64,000 nucleotides of DNA from Marsupella aquatica (taxonomy: Eukaryota > Plantae > Marchantiophyta), in assembly GCA_973895155.1 (NCBI GenBank), contig OZ316895.1:23200558-23264557 (forward strand), written 5' to 3'. This document shows positions 27,189 through 40,319 of this stretch, in pieces. The notes below the pieces were generated by a model. It was not told where the DNA came from and searched no databases. It saw only the letters and a list, made by a program, of their open reading frames with translations. The first letter of the stretch is position 1, and each line of letters opens with the position of its first letter. The position numbers and the translations under genes were made by a program.

Positions 27189-29329
27189 TCACCTCTTCCT
27201 TTCTTGCCGCCACTTGAATACAGGCTCCTGGACATTCTCGGTATCATCACCAGGAAGATCACCAGGGAGCTTGCGTTTTCTACCTTTTCCCTGCCACATT
27301 TAAGCCATGCCAAAGTGAGAATCACTGACAGCGCGCCACATCGCCCTATGAAAACCTTCTGTACACAAAGATTTCACCTCTCCTACAAATTACTGTTCAC
27401 GCAGCCAGAGTGCCTGTTATCAATCTTTCTGCCGAAGACAAGTTCTCAAGGGCTTGGGATTAACATGCAGGCATGACAGCTATTACCCACCATAATCTGT
27501 TTTTTTAACGTCATTGTAACCACCATGTTTTTCATCTTTTCCGCCCGTTCAGTGCGTTCTTGCAATTCACGATAGGCTGCACTCTGCTTCCTGTCATGGA
27601 TGTAACAGACTTCATGAGGTCACAAAAGATGTCAACTCAAGGAGTAGACAGACAACCTTGACAGCACAATCATTGATTCAATCAGGCAGGAAACCAAGTG
27701 TATCCAATATCGTTGACCAGGCTGCCAAATCTGAGCTGCCAGCGTAGTAAAGCAAATCAGGAGCAAGTTGGAACCACAGAACGATTGCCTGGGATAGTTC
27801 AGAGTTCTACTTGGGTCCACGAGAAGCTGTGTTAATTTTCTTAGTTTTTAGGCTTCCTTTGGCATCGTTGAATTTATGAAGTTCCTGCAGAATCTAAACC
27901 TAGCAGACGATCCAAAAGTAGTTTGAGGTCCACAAAAACTGACAAATGACATCCAGTATTTCAAGACTTCAACCTGCGATAGATATGTCCAGCAGGTAAG
28001 CTCTAACTTTTATAAAGCATGAAAGAAAAAGATTGATGAATCGAATATCAAAGGATATCCTAGTGTATTCAACTTACTTCCGTATTCGGCGTGGCAATTC
28101 CATTTCAAGTGGTTGCGTATCGACAGCAACAGGTGCAATCTTCTCAGCTTCTAGCCTGCAAGCATTAGCTTAAAAAGATTGGTAATCATATATCGCAAAA
28201 CGGATCCAGACTGAAAAGTTTTACCATGCTTTTCAGCCAAAAGCAGAGCAATGATTAATCCCAGAATTTGAAATTTCTGTCACAAAGAAAAACCTACACA
28301 ATTGACGTGGTAAAGATTTCCTTTGGCAGACTACAGTACCAAACGACGAATAGAAACGGAAGAGACCTGTCTTCAGCAAAATAAACGTGGCTATTGGAGG
28401 GCGCTTGACCCACGGAGTGAAGGACAGCTTGGAGCCGCTCCACCTTCTGTAAGTGGACACAACAGAAACAATGAATATCAGATCCAAATTCCGACCCGTA
28501 GCCGACAATGTCAAGAGCATTTTACTTCCACTAGAATACCGACTCAGTCAAGAATATTAGAGATATGAGATGTCTCGTGAAATGTTTCTACCTAGCTAGT
28601 CTCAAGAGACTTAGGCTGCTATATTAATATGGCCAAACCTACATCCAGATAACAAGCAAGTCCACAAACAGATGAGATTTAAAGACAAACCTTCTGCTCT
28701 GATTGTGCCTTGTTAAGCACATATCTAATATCTTGAGTTTTCATTAATAGAATCTCCTCTTGAGAATACTCCTTCCCAGCTCTGAATGGAAACAACAGAA
28801 AACATTACAATCGAAATCGCGTTGCAGAGGGACAACCACAAACAACCAATCTATGAATCTGTATGAGGACACTTACTTTGGTCTGTGAACTCCATTGACA
28901 GTTTTGGAATTTATCATTTTATAATAAAACTCATCGGGATTTTTGAACGCAGCTTTCTCCCTGAGAACCTGCAGCAGACGATACATTAAGGGATCCACCC
29001 GTCGAAGACATGTAGAAGTTATGAGCAAACTTGATGGATTTAGTGGACCAAAAGTATTTCTGGCATACCTGGATAATCTTCTCTTTCTTGTGAAAATCTT
29101 TTGCACGAAGTACATAGTCCTTGTGCTTTTCGAGCAAACCCAATCTATTTCGGTCGGACCTGCAATTAGAAAGCCAGTTTAAATCAGAGAGACTGGAACC
29201 GACAATCAAGTGCAGCCCCGGAAAGTCCAAACACGACACAGCAAATCTTAACTTCTAAGCTGCAGAAACTTACGGTTGTGACCGCTCCTTATGGGTTCGC
29301 CGTTTCACGGCATTCCGAAGAGAAGACAT
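27189..29329 (-). CDS. UTP11: U3 snoRNA-associated protein 11 (SSU processome), 229 aa. Exons 29329-29274, 29159-29069, 28968-28877, 28781-28691, 28446-28367, 28155-28078, 27590-27491, 27290-27189
   Basis: Spliced translation MSSLRNAVKRRTHKERSQP..LGLLEKHKDYVLRAKDFHKKE..AAFKNPDEFYYKMINSKT..LLMKTQDIRY..HVYFAEDR..YRELQER..GKGRKRK..VFKWRQERKR*. All seven introns are GT..AG and phase-consistent (690 nt). Confidence 0.95.
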
Positions 29330-29499
29330 GGCTTCTAGTTTGTTCGATGCAATCCGCCGCCAGATTCACTCAGCTGGTCCTTGCCGCCGCAATCTGTGCA
29401 ATAAATCGAAAGTTGAGTTCTCAAAAGAGCTACGACTAACGCCTATCGAGAATGATCATCGGCAGAAAGCCAACAAAGGCTAATCGGCAGAAAGCCAAC

Positions 29500-29970
29500 A
29501 AATGCTGTCGCCGCAGCAATTTCGCTTACATTTCCGAAAGCAAACTCTGCGATAAACCCTGCAAACCTAAAACCCTGACAATCAGAAATGTAGCACGATG
29601 GAAAACGATCAAAAAATTATGGCGCCCAGCAATTTCCCTACCTTTCAGATCTCTCAATCTGCGACAAATCATGAAAACCTAAAACGCTGACAATGAGAAA
29701 GCTAGCACAATGGGAAACCAGCAAATGCTGTCGACCCTGCAATTTCGCGTAACTTTCAGAAATCACACTCTGCGATAAACCCTGAAAACCTAAAACCTTG
29801 ACAGTCACAAACCTAGCAACAATGGAAAACAAAAACATGCTGAGGCCCACCATTTTGCTACCTTTCCGCATCCCAATCTGCGAAAAACCTTGAAAACCTA
29901 AAACCCAGCAAATGCGCTAACCGTTTCGAAATCAGACTGCGATAAACCCGGAAAACTAAAACCCTGACGA
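29500..29970. repeat. Degenerate ~110-bp tandem repeats upstream of UTP11
   Basis: ctgcga(t/c/a)aaa...gaaaacctaaaac(c/g)ctgaca recurs at ~29547, 29659, 29770, 29878 and 29937. Confidence 0.75.
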
Positions 29971-30893
29971 TCAAAGCTGAACCACATCCCGAATCGAATA
30001 ACACAGGACGCACCAGCTCAATTCAACTCTTCCCGTGTTGCGCAGGCTGTCTGAGAGGATGTTTTGAAGGAGATGCAATTATTTTCTCTCGAAACCTTGA
30101 ACCCTCGTGAAAAAGACTCAAGCAGATTCCGATGTGTGAGAGAGGGCTTGAAATTTCATTACCAAGCTGCCTTTCGATCGATGTATGACCTCCAATTGCT
30201 GCAGTTGCTCAATTCCGCCCGTGCTGCTGAGTTGCTCGAGAAATCCAAAGAGAATTGTTTTGTGTGTAACTGGAACAGGGAATACTTCAAATTGCTTATC
30301 TGTGCGAAGGAAATAGTTTCAATTACAGTAGTTTGTCAATCTTGTAATCGGAGATGGAAACCAAATATTGCACATGAGTACACGTGTCCCCGTTTGAGTG
30401 GACATTGACAACATATTAACCCCTGGATATGGAAAATTGGTGGCATGGGCCCCAAGGTAGATATTGGAAACCCCATTGGACCACATTTCCCAAATTGTAA
30501 CTACACTTGAATTTATATAGTTTTTAGTACACCTAAATTCATATAGTTTTTAGCTAGTTCATTGTTGTGTTGTTGGACTCTTTAAGGAAAGTCTTCATAT
30601 AGTTTTTAGTTAAGTTCATTGTTGTGTTGTTCCACTCTTTAAGGAAATTCTGTGGATGGATTTTCTGATTATTGTTATAGTCCTGGATCTCTGTGCTTAG
30701 ATCAAATAGCAAGCCCCACCAGATTTTTGCATCTTTAGTCTTGTTGATGAAAGCATCTTTGTTTGCCAAACATATTTGTCAAAACGCAAAAGTGTTGACC
30801 TCTACATATGGTTTCAGCTTTTGGCTTCAGTCGGACATTCTCCAACCTGCGAACATGTAGTGACAGAACAAACTTAATCTTGCAGCAGGTCTA

Positions 30894-33564
30894 CACTGAT
30901 TACCGTAATTAGTATCACACACAGTATTTACGAACAAAGGATTTTGAAGGATATCACCATAATTAATGTGTGTGAGACTATATAAGAAGTGAGAGTAAAT
31001 ACATGTTATTCTAAATTAAAGTAAGGGAGATTACTTTTGGTGACCCACAAATAGTGTGTGATGAATACTCAATTAATGTGTGTAACTTATGAATTTTTCC
31101 AGCCAGTAAGATGTATTTGCAAGGGCATATAAAATCAAACATTATTTATTAAAATCAAGTTAAGAATACAATCAAAATCATACTATGACAATTGACTAAA
31201 CTCATACTATGACAATTGACTAAACTCCCTACTCATACTCCTGTAATTTAAGTCTAATCCAATCCATTTCCAGATCCAGAATTGTCATGTCCAGATTCAT
31301 CATCTTGTAATCTGAAATCATTGCCTTCAAACTCAGAATCCACAGGCAGTCCTCTTTTGAATCAGAATCAGTACTGCTAATCTGTGGTGGAATTACAAGA
31401 ACAATGTCAATCTCTGTGTCTTGATCAGGTACATGTCCCATTTTTGAATCAAATTTTGAAGATCTGGATTCAATTGTTGTTCATGCCACACTCCATTGAT
31501 ATCAAGGGAAAGACCACAACGAATCATAGCCTTCCTTGCATATGTTATACCAGTGTGCTTGTCTCGTTGTTGATTGACCTTCTGTACAGATGCTGCAGCA
31601 AGCTTTAAGAAAAATTGTTTGCCAGGATTCTTCACTGCTCCAGAATTCTGCCCACTGCTTCGACCAGAATTTTGAAATCCATTTCCACTCATGATCGTCT
31701 TCAACTTGTGCTTCTCCCAGGCATCTGTCCACGCATCTTTGATCTTGGAGATCACAAATGAATCACAAGGTTGCGTCTTATCAGTGGAGCATGGAGGTAA
31801 GTTGCGTATGGTAGCATTCAATCTCTGCAACGTGGTGAAAGACGCTTTTGTATAGTCATGGCCCTTGAAATTGTCGACAAAAATCACTCTTGTTTGTCCA
31901 CCTTGAAGATTGGTGACTTGGCAGCGCGGTTCATTCAACCATTGATTCCAGACAGCTCTCGTCACGAAACCATTCTTTGCAGATCTGTAAGCAACACCAA
32001 GAATTGTATCCTCCACATTTCTAATAGGATAAGAGCAACGATCATTCTGGAAAACAATCATAGGAACCTCTATGATAGATCGAGACCCTCCAATGAGACG
32101 TACGATCATGGTCATGCCTTGCCCACCAGAAACTACATCTGCATACTTGACATTGTCATCACCACGAAATCCCAGTGTCTTGCCATTGTCAATGTTGACA
32201 ACGAAATGAGTTTCGTCAACATTTTCAACAAGGTCTTCATTCAGGGTCCCTGCTTCAAACTCTCTCTTGAGTTGTCCCAAATGGAAAGCGATCTCTTTAT
32301 CTATGTGCTCTTGCTTCTCTACACTCACCATCAGTTTCCCTGTTTGTGCCCTGCCAACAATGTTGCACTTCCCCATAAATCTCTGAATCCAGCGAAGTGT
32401 AATCTTTTCTGAGATAGGAATTCCTCCTGACAGAAATGTTGAAGAGAATTGCGGATGAGTTGATTCGTCAAGCACTTGCTTTGCCAACTGCTGCAAAAGC
32501 TTCGGTGAAAATTTCACTCCTGCCTTTCGTAATCGATTGAACTCGTCCACCGTAGACTGGTACAACCACGTAACCCAATCCTCTGTCTTCCTGCCTCGAC
32601 CTTCTCTTGCCTTCCGCAACATCTTTCGAATGATTCCATCTTGACGAACATTGATGGATATGTCTATCTCTTTGTTGATTTGCAACCAAATTGCTTGATT
32701 CTTCCACCAATCTGCAGCCTTCTTGAGATTTGCATTCTCACTACCTCGAAATAACGTTGTGAACTCCTTAACAGTCCTTGAACACAGTCCAGCTTGGCCA
32801 TTCGCCTCTCTATCTTGCCTCATCCACAAAACTACCTTCTTACGATCTTGCATGGTCACGACGCACTGAGGTGCTCTCTTACGCTTTGTCTGGACAGCTT
32901 CTGTACGTGCAATTGATCGATCTAGAGAAAGAGCTTCAGGTAATGAGTTTTCTGGAACATCTTCGACAAGCTCTGCAGGTTGTGACGAAACTCCAGTCCT
33001 CCCTATGTTCCTCACTCTAAGTCGAGATCGAGCAAATGCAGATATTAGAGGCGATGTAGAATGGAAATCCATTGTGGAGAATGCCGCGATGCGAAAACTT
33101 GAGAAAACACACCGAAATTTGGCGAGAATGTTATGAGATTGGTAAACAAGTTTTGCGAAGTGTTTAGGTCACGGATAGGGCCGGCCAAGGGTTGGGATGG
33201 TAGAGGGGAGTGTAGGGCAGAAGTTTGGCAGAAGTTTGGCAGAAGTTAGGCAAAGTTGTGGTTGGGAGGGTATTAGGATTGCCCCACGAGTGCGACCTAT
33301 AGTTTGGTCCTAAGTTTGACCCTGGTTTTGTAAAAGTCATCCATCAGTTTGCAAAGAAGCATTCCTTTATACTCTCACATGAAAACAAAAACTGTTGTCT
33401 TAAAAAGTGTATGTAGTGATATGTTTTATTAATGTATAGGAGATTAATAAGGAACTTAGTTTTTATATTTTTTGGAGCTTTGTCTTCACACCCTTAATAG
33501 TGTGTGTGAGACTATTTATGCAAGGAGACTAAATAAGTTATGATACTAATTACGGTAAATAGTG
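30894..33564 (-). mobile_element. Full-length pogo-like (Tc1/mariner superfamily) DNA transposon, 2671 bp
   Basis: Left TIR CACTGATTACCGTAATTAGTATCA (30894-30917). The reverse complement of the right TIR is CACTATTTACCGTAATTAGTATCA (33541-33564), 22/24 identical. TA flanks both ends (30892-93, 33565-66), and the element encloses a transposase ORF. Confidence 0.92.
31393..33072 (-). CDS. pogo/CENP-B-like DDE_1 transposase, 559 aa, intronless
   Basis: Tc5-type HTH region (LRKAGVKFSPKLL...WIQRFMGK), NVDETHF, IFVDNFKGH and LPPCSTDKTQPCD (DD36D triad by my count). An acidic tail continues in other frames to ~31255, suggesting 3' frameshifts. Confidence 0.9.
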   Translation of the reverse strand: MDFHSTSPLISAFARSRLRVRNIGRTGVSSQPAELVEDVPENSLPEALSLDRSIARTEAVQTKRKRAPQCVVTMQDRKKVVLWMRQDREANGQAGLCSRTVKEFTTLFRGSENANLKKAADWWKNQAIWLQINKEIDISINVRQDGIIRKMLRKAREGRGRKTEDWVTWLYQSTVDEFNRLRKAGVKFSPKLLQQLAKQVLDESTHPQFSSTFLSGGIPISEKITLRWIQRFMGKCNIVGRAQTGKLMVSVEKQEHIDKEIAFHLGQLKREFEAGTLNEDLVENVDETHFVVNIDNGKTLGFRGDDNVKYADVVSGGQGMTMIVRLIGGSRSIIEVPMIVFQNDRCSYPIRNVEDTILGVAYRSAKNGFVTRAVWNQWLNEPRCQVTNLQGGQTRVIFVDNFKGHDYTKASFTTLQRLNATIRNLPPCSTDKTQPCDSFVISKIKDAWTDAWEKHKLKTIMSGNGFQNSGRSSGQNSGAVKNPGKQFFLKLAAASVQKVNQQRDKHTGITYARKAMIRCGLSLDINGVWHEQQLNPDLQNLIQKWDMYLIKTQRLTLFL

Positions 33565-34589
33565 TAGCTTAGGTCAAAATTTTCTGCATCTTAGTAGAAT
33601 TATTCATAAGTACAAGACCTTCTTCCATTTCAATCTAGCCTGTCTTGAATTTTTTGCTTCTCCAGATGATAATCATGACTCTCCTATGATCTCATCTAAC
33701 CAGTGCCCGACGTTATCTTGCGAGTCATGACTCAAGTGATCTGATCTTAACATCTCCAACTTTGTTTATTGCCTCTCTATCAAATCCTTCCTGCGATCCT
33801 TCCTTGGGTGGTTTGTTGACCTTCTGCTTCTTTGCTTTTGGTCTATAATGGCACATCATGTATTAGAGATGTAAGGACAACACGAACAACAAGACAATCT
33901 TTGACAATTGAATGCCTCATGAGACAAATTTTAGAAAGGAATGCAACAAAACAGCTGGAAACAATATTAATCACTAGGAGATTTGTGGCAACGGAGCTTA
34001 GCTAGGCTACCAAACAATGGGATAGCCTAGACAGACATGCTGAAAGTCTACAATAGTGTGATATGATCAAAATGCTCAAACTACAGGTGCCAACAACCTC
34101 GTAGATGCGTCTCGAGCTTGGTCAGCTACCTCCACAACGTCCTTTGGGCTGTTCATTCTCTACTCTTGTTTTCAAGCTGTTTGCTTACTTCGAATATATC
34201 CAAGTTAGGGTCACTCGCTAATGTGTTGACTGGTCTCTCAACAAGGTCCACTTCATGATGAGTAATATATAGCACCTGAAATTGGCAGTGTGGTAGATTT
34301 GGACTGGTCCTGGTTAGCCACCTTTTGTGCAAAGTTGTTGGTCCCTCATGACCATCAAACCCTGATTGGGTAGTGGGCACTCCATCTAGCTGATTGTTCA
34401 AATGCTCATACAAATGTATTTTATTACTTGGCTATTTCAAACTATGGGCAGTTCTCACTTTGTGTTTTAATATTACTTAAAATAGAGAAGAATACTACTA
34501 ACATAGTTTAATTCTAGATGTATGGCCCAGGATGAACAACGAGACAACAATCTGAGTCTAATAAGTGACCTCTCAACAGACAACCATTC

Positions 34590-37500
34590 TTCATGGATGA
34601 GAATTCCCAGCCCCGAGTTGATTGGGCATGCAAGTACAAATGTGCCCTGAGTGCAGCTAGTTATAACATGATTCCTAAAACCACCCATAGACGTCACTCA
34701 GACCATAAAGATGACATAAGGGAAGTCTTTCAATATCCTAGTGCTGCTACCCATCCTCCAAGCGTTACCCATGATATTAACTCCTAGGATATGAGCTTAC
34801 AGCATAATTGAAGACCCTTGTTTCAATATGGATTCTGGTAATCATTTGAGGCTAGCTAAGTGCCTCTGCCAATTATGTGGTGAGAGTGGGAAAATGATTC
34901 CAAGGAATATCCAAAGGAGGCATATGAGCATCGGTAGTTGGGCTCGCTCGATGATTGCAAGTAAGAGACTCTACATCTGAGAAAGGTAATGAGATCACAC
35001 TCTCTTGAAGAAGATCTGAGAATGTAAGAGTTACAACACTTTGTATTGGGTACACATTCAAGAAGAAACTTATGATCTAGGAATAGGAAGCTACCCACAC
35101 GAGGACCAAAGAATGGAGGGCTGCAACATTCATTCCAAGAGGAATACAAGTTTGATGATAATTGTACTAGAGGGCCGACTGTGAACTGCTTGGATGATGT
35201 TATCCTAGAGACGGTGATCAATGGAACTTTTTCCAGTTCTAGATCAGCACAAGGTAAGTGTTGTTTGCCAAAGGAGAGTTTTGAAAATATTATTTTGTGG
35301 CCTGAACAAATACCAAGATTCCATTGACATCCCGATTGACATTGTTGAGAATCCTATAGATTATAGGGGATTGTCGTTGGCAAGACTATTCTATTTAGCC
35401 GGCTGTGAATGGGACGGCTGCATCACAAAGTTGTAATAGTCTCATGGAAGTATATGAGATGAATGGAATGACTGTTGCTGCATAATATGCACAGGAGAAG
35501 TAGGAGTTGAGCACACTCCAACAGTGTTTAAGCTCTTAGATGAATACACCATATGCCCTTTTGAAGGTTGTGAAATTGAGAAATCCAAGATTTGCACATT
35601 CAATTATTTGCCGTTAGCAAAAATCTTCATTTCACTTCTTCAAAGCCAGACCTTTTGGTATGATATTCTATGTATGTGGCAGAATCAATGACAATGGCTA
35701 CCGGAGTTGGAACAAAGACCATTTCATATATAGATGAGTTTTGGCATGGCACCAAGATGAAGAAGTACAAGCAATTTAATTATGGGATCCATAAATTATT
35801 TGGCAACAACCGTTGATTATCCCAATGTCAAGTGCGGAAAGGCTTATTGATTATGGCCACCTATTTGTGAAGAGTTGGAGAATGAGAAGAATTTTGACAT
35901 GGAAACCACATTCTATCACTTTCCATGTGTTGCTTGCGCCACACAGATTTACCAAAAAGCCAAGGATGTGAAGGTAGAATCTATACTCCTAAGTTATATA
36001 TAGTAGATTAAGCAGATTACTGTAGAAGATAACACAACCTTCATTGACAATTTTACATACTTGGTCTATATAGTCCACCAATTGAAAGATGAATGTGATT
36101 GAAGTTGTTTATCTAATCAAATTATACCTTGTGAGTGATGGGGTTCACCATTCAACATAGCTTTGATGGGACATTGGGACGACTTTCAAGCCGCAACCAC
36201 TGTCCAAAGGGACTGTTGGACTGTGGAAATTACTATCCTAAATGGTGGGAAAAGAGTACTACTGGATTCCAAATTGCTAAGCCTATTCCTTTACTTTCTA
36301 TTCCCATGTCCTCTAAGTTATTACAAAGCAAAAAAAACATCACTTGTTACAAGCTTTTTGGAACCCCTATGAGTGGGCTGATTTTTAGAATAGTTTTGTT
36401 CATAGCTTTCCTGTGAATTTGGATTCTTTATCTGGTTCCGTCACTCATGCAAATAATAGGGACAGACACATTATTCAAGTAATACCCATGCTATGGACGG
36501 GTGATGGGCCATGCAGCCCAGAGTAAGATTGGAGGTACTTTATTGATGGGATACAATGGTTGTAGGCATGATCTCTTGTATTCGGAGGGCATTCTATCAA
36601 ATACCAAAGAAAAAAAATAGTTTATAGTCAGATTAGAAAGCAGGTTCGACTCCCACCAATCAAAAGGGATGTAGAAGGCATGAATTACTTTGGCAAATGC
36701 CTGAGAGAACCTACCAATGAAGAACCAAAAGCAGAGTACAAGAGACAATCAGAGTGACTTGTCACACTATTCAGATATGTGGTCCTTATATGATACTCAT
36801 GGATTTGAAATATCACTTGATTTTAGTCAACTATTGTACCCTGACCCATGCATTGCTTGGCACTTGGGGTGTTCAAAACTTTTAATGATAGGTTGTATGT
36901 TATAGTCTTGTAATGCTATAGAGGTGAAGAAGCTGATGAAGTCTTATAGATTGTAATGAACAATCGGCCAATTGGACTAGGGGCTCGTTGGCCACTTCCT
37001 CCTCTCTACATCAAAAATATACTAGGCATGGGATCAAATTAAATGGAAGTTTTCAACTATAAAGCAAAGGAACACTTCTTATTCACAATGTATTGCACGG
37101 CTTCTATCCTCGAAGAATTGGGGCACACTCTTGTCACTCCCCTTGGTGCAAAAGGTGCAATTTTCATTCACTTGAGCATAATGTTTGTTCTTGTTCCAAA
37201 AAGACATGGATGGACAAGTGATATGCTTCAAAATGCAATACTTCATCTTTCTGCTTGGAGAGTGCTTACGGAAGAAACATATGGCCCAACCGACGTGGTG
37301 ACTAGTATGTGGAGCATGTCATTGATATGTAACAACATTGTTTCTAACTATTAATTTAATAATAGCACATTCAAGTTTTTTTTTAACTAAATATTATTTA
37401 AGGATTCATTTGGACTTTTAAATAATGATGTATAGCTTTTACTTTAGACTTTGTAACTATTGCAGCTACCACTGATGTAGGTACTTGCCTGGTTTTTCAG

Positions 37501-37700
37501 GGAATGGTGAAATTTTGGATAGCATAGTTTGACATGGCCATCATGACATATTCTAGTGTTATGGCTTTGAGCGTATGGTTAGTGGATACAACAACATCAC
37601 TATAAATGAGAAATCAAGTGAGATGAGTTTTGCACGGTACTTCTGTTTATTGGTTGTTGTTTGAAAGAAGACGACAAAGTACCCGTTTATTCCAAAGATC
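34590..37700 (+). pseudogene. Degenerate CACTA/EnSpm-like transposase
   Basis: Motifs in the expected order across stops and frameshifts: CKYKC..IPKTTHRRH (~34630), CPFEGC..FNYLPL (~35555-35616), EFWHG (~35737), HWDDFQ (~36172), WTGDG..GYNGCRH (~36493-36570), D(P)MHCLALGVFK (~36843) and CYGFER (~37557). Confidence 0.75.
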
Positions 37701-40319
37701 ACCCCGTGCAAAGACCAGCGGGGCACAAAGAACAACAAACCCAAAGGGCTACATCACACAAAAACCACACTCAAAGGGCGCAAAACATAGTTGGAGGAAA
37801 CCACAAACACCTTATCCACATGATGGTAGGCAATAACAAGGGCCAACCACCCAACAAAAGGCAAGAGGCCTTAAACAAAACACCTCCCAAAAGAGAAGTT
37901 GATCTCAATGTATCCAACTATACGTGGATACAATGCTCTTTGTATCCACGTGTAGTTGGACTCATAGTTGGAGATTTTTTGAGGCCCACATTGTACAATA
38001 GAAAGGTGTATGTGGTTACTAGTATAGAGCAAGCAACTCAGTTGTGGACCTTGGTGCACTATATGGCCCGCTTTGACTCTTCTTGCATACAGGTTGTAGC
38101 CAAGGGAATTTGTTGAGCATAAACAACAATCACAATGGCAAGCCCATGAACCATCTAGCGCACAAGAGTTAACACAGAGAGATACGTGATTCACCTCCAC
38201 ATGAGGTTACGTCCACGGGAACACACTAGAGCTTTACTGCACTCTAGGCCGGCCGGCCATACCAAGCATCCACAACACAAGCTCTCCCTATCTCTCAACT
38301 AGCTCCGTAACAATGAGTCTGAGTTCCTGCTCTCCAAGCAAATACCGCTTGGGTATAGTGTGTGCACAACATGACAAACCTAACCTAGTCTGTGACTAAG
38401 GTTAGCCCTAACTTCAATGGTACAGTCATAACTCTAGACCTAAGAGTAAATCCTAATAGAATTGGCATAGGGCCAAACAAAGGTTTGGAAGTTGATGTAT
38501 TTACAGTTGGAGAGATTTCACAACATCCTATGTCACATTGGGTGGCTGAAAATGTTCTGAACCCTACTAATGACTACCTGTTCAGGCCTCAAATTGAGAT
38601 TATTCGAGGGGCTTTTAGTTGATGGAGTGCACTATATGAATGACCTGGCTGTGGTTGAGAATACCAACAAGGAGAGGCCATCATTGAAATGTAGAATTAA
38701 ATCTTTCTTTGTCCATGCATTTGACAATCATTACCAGATTTTGTCTAAGGCCTGTTGCTATAATGAAGTGTCCATAGAAGGTGATGATGGCAAGGAAGTA
38801 TTGTTTGACATTGATACAGACCCAAGTGAAAACCTTGGAAGTAACGTCTTTCCAATGGTTAGCCTTAGGCATAGATTCATCTCACACCCAACAAAACAAG
38901 AACCTAGAGGTAAAAAAGCAATTGCACCAGGCATTTGAGTTTAAAGATAGCGTTCTCCCAACTCATTTGTTAGTACCTAGAAAACTTGGGTGTTGCCCTC
39001 CAATCATGGTCTCTGTGTAACGGTGTTGTCATTGTATCACTAACGGCTAGTGAACCCCACACAAATTTCTATTTGGCATACATTCATTGTTAAGGTTCAC
39101 TATGATGCTGAAAAGAATGAAATGCAAAATAGTGATAGGAAAGTAGAAATGCTGTGCCGCTAGCTGTTGATCAATCAAGTGCCTACAAGGTTGGTGAGTG
39201 TGAGTTCTTCAAAGTATCTTCTCCAAATGAAGTCTTTACTTTGTTGTGGCAAAACATTTTGACAATTCTGAACCCTGCCTTATTTTGAGAGGACCCACCA
39301 CCATGAGATGGAAAACACCAAAAAATTGGACCAGTAGTTTGTTTTTGAACAAGACCAGTTAAAAGCTTCCCTAGACAACCCGGTCCATACAATAAATCAA
39401 GATATATGATAGGAGAGTGCTAGCTAGGTGCGGCATGGATCATATCCATTATCTTCTTGCAATAATAGAGTGACCTCAAATAGATTTTGATCCTGACCAG
39501 TTCTTGCTAAGAAGCGAGGAGCCAAAGCTTGCAAGACCAAGGAATAAAGGCTCTACATACCTGATCATGACAAATATTACAAAGTCAATCAATTAGAGGC
39601 CAATGACAAGTGAGTCACGTCCTAGGTTGCGTCCAGTTTAGCTACTCAATGGATTTGTCTTGAGTTCTTTGTGGTGTAATTAAAGCCTTGGGCCCTCACT
39701 AAGGGAAATGTAATGAAATATACCTGTGACCGAAGCCTCCCCAGGTACCCCTTGTTATATTTTGGAGGAACATTTAAATCTATCTTGTTCGTTCTAAAAA
39801 GAAATTTTAGTCATATATAAAATCCTCCTAGGTTATTATAATCTTTGATAGTTTAGGAATTAAAATACCCTTCATTTGTTATAAAAACAAGGGTTAGATG
39901 ATGCATATAAGCATCTTTTTCACATCGGGCCGTCCATTCTAGGGCAACCTCCCATTGAACGACTCCAAGCACCCAAAACCCAGATTACACCCAAATACAA
40001 GAGGGTTGGGGAAGGGGTTTAGGGTTTGGGGTTCTTGTGTGAGAACTGGTACAAGAGACTAACCCTATCATATACCCTAAACCAATGAGACTATGACATG
40101 TGGACCAATCAAATGCTGACACCTATCATGGAGTATTTACATACCCCACCAGCTAATTATGTAATGGGCAACCAAATTTACAATAGTCTTTATTCCTTCT
40201 AACCTAGACTACGCATATATGGTGCCCTAGTTCATTCTAACCTTGTTCTATTATTTTCAAAACAGACTTAAAATACCCGTCGGACGTTCACACATATGTT
40301 TCGTTATTTCATAACTGAG

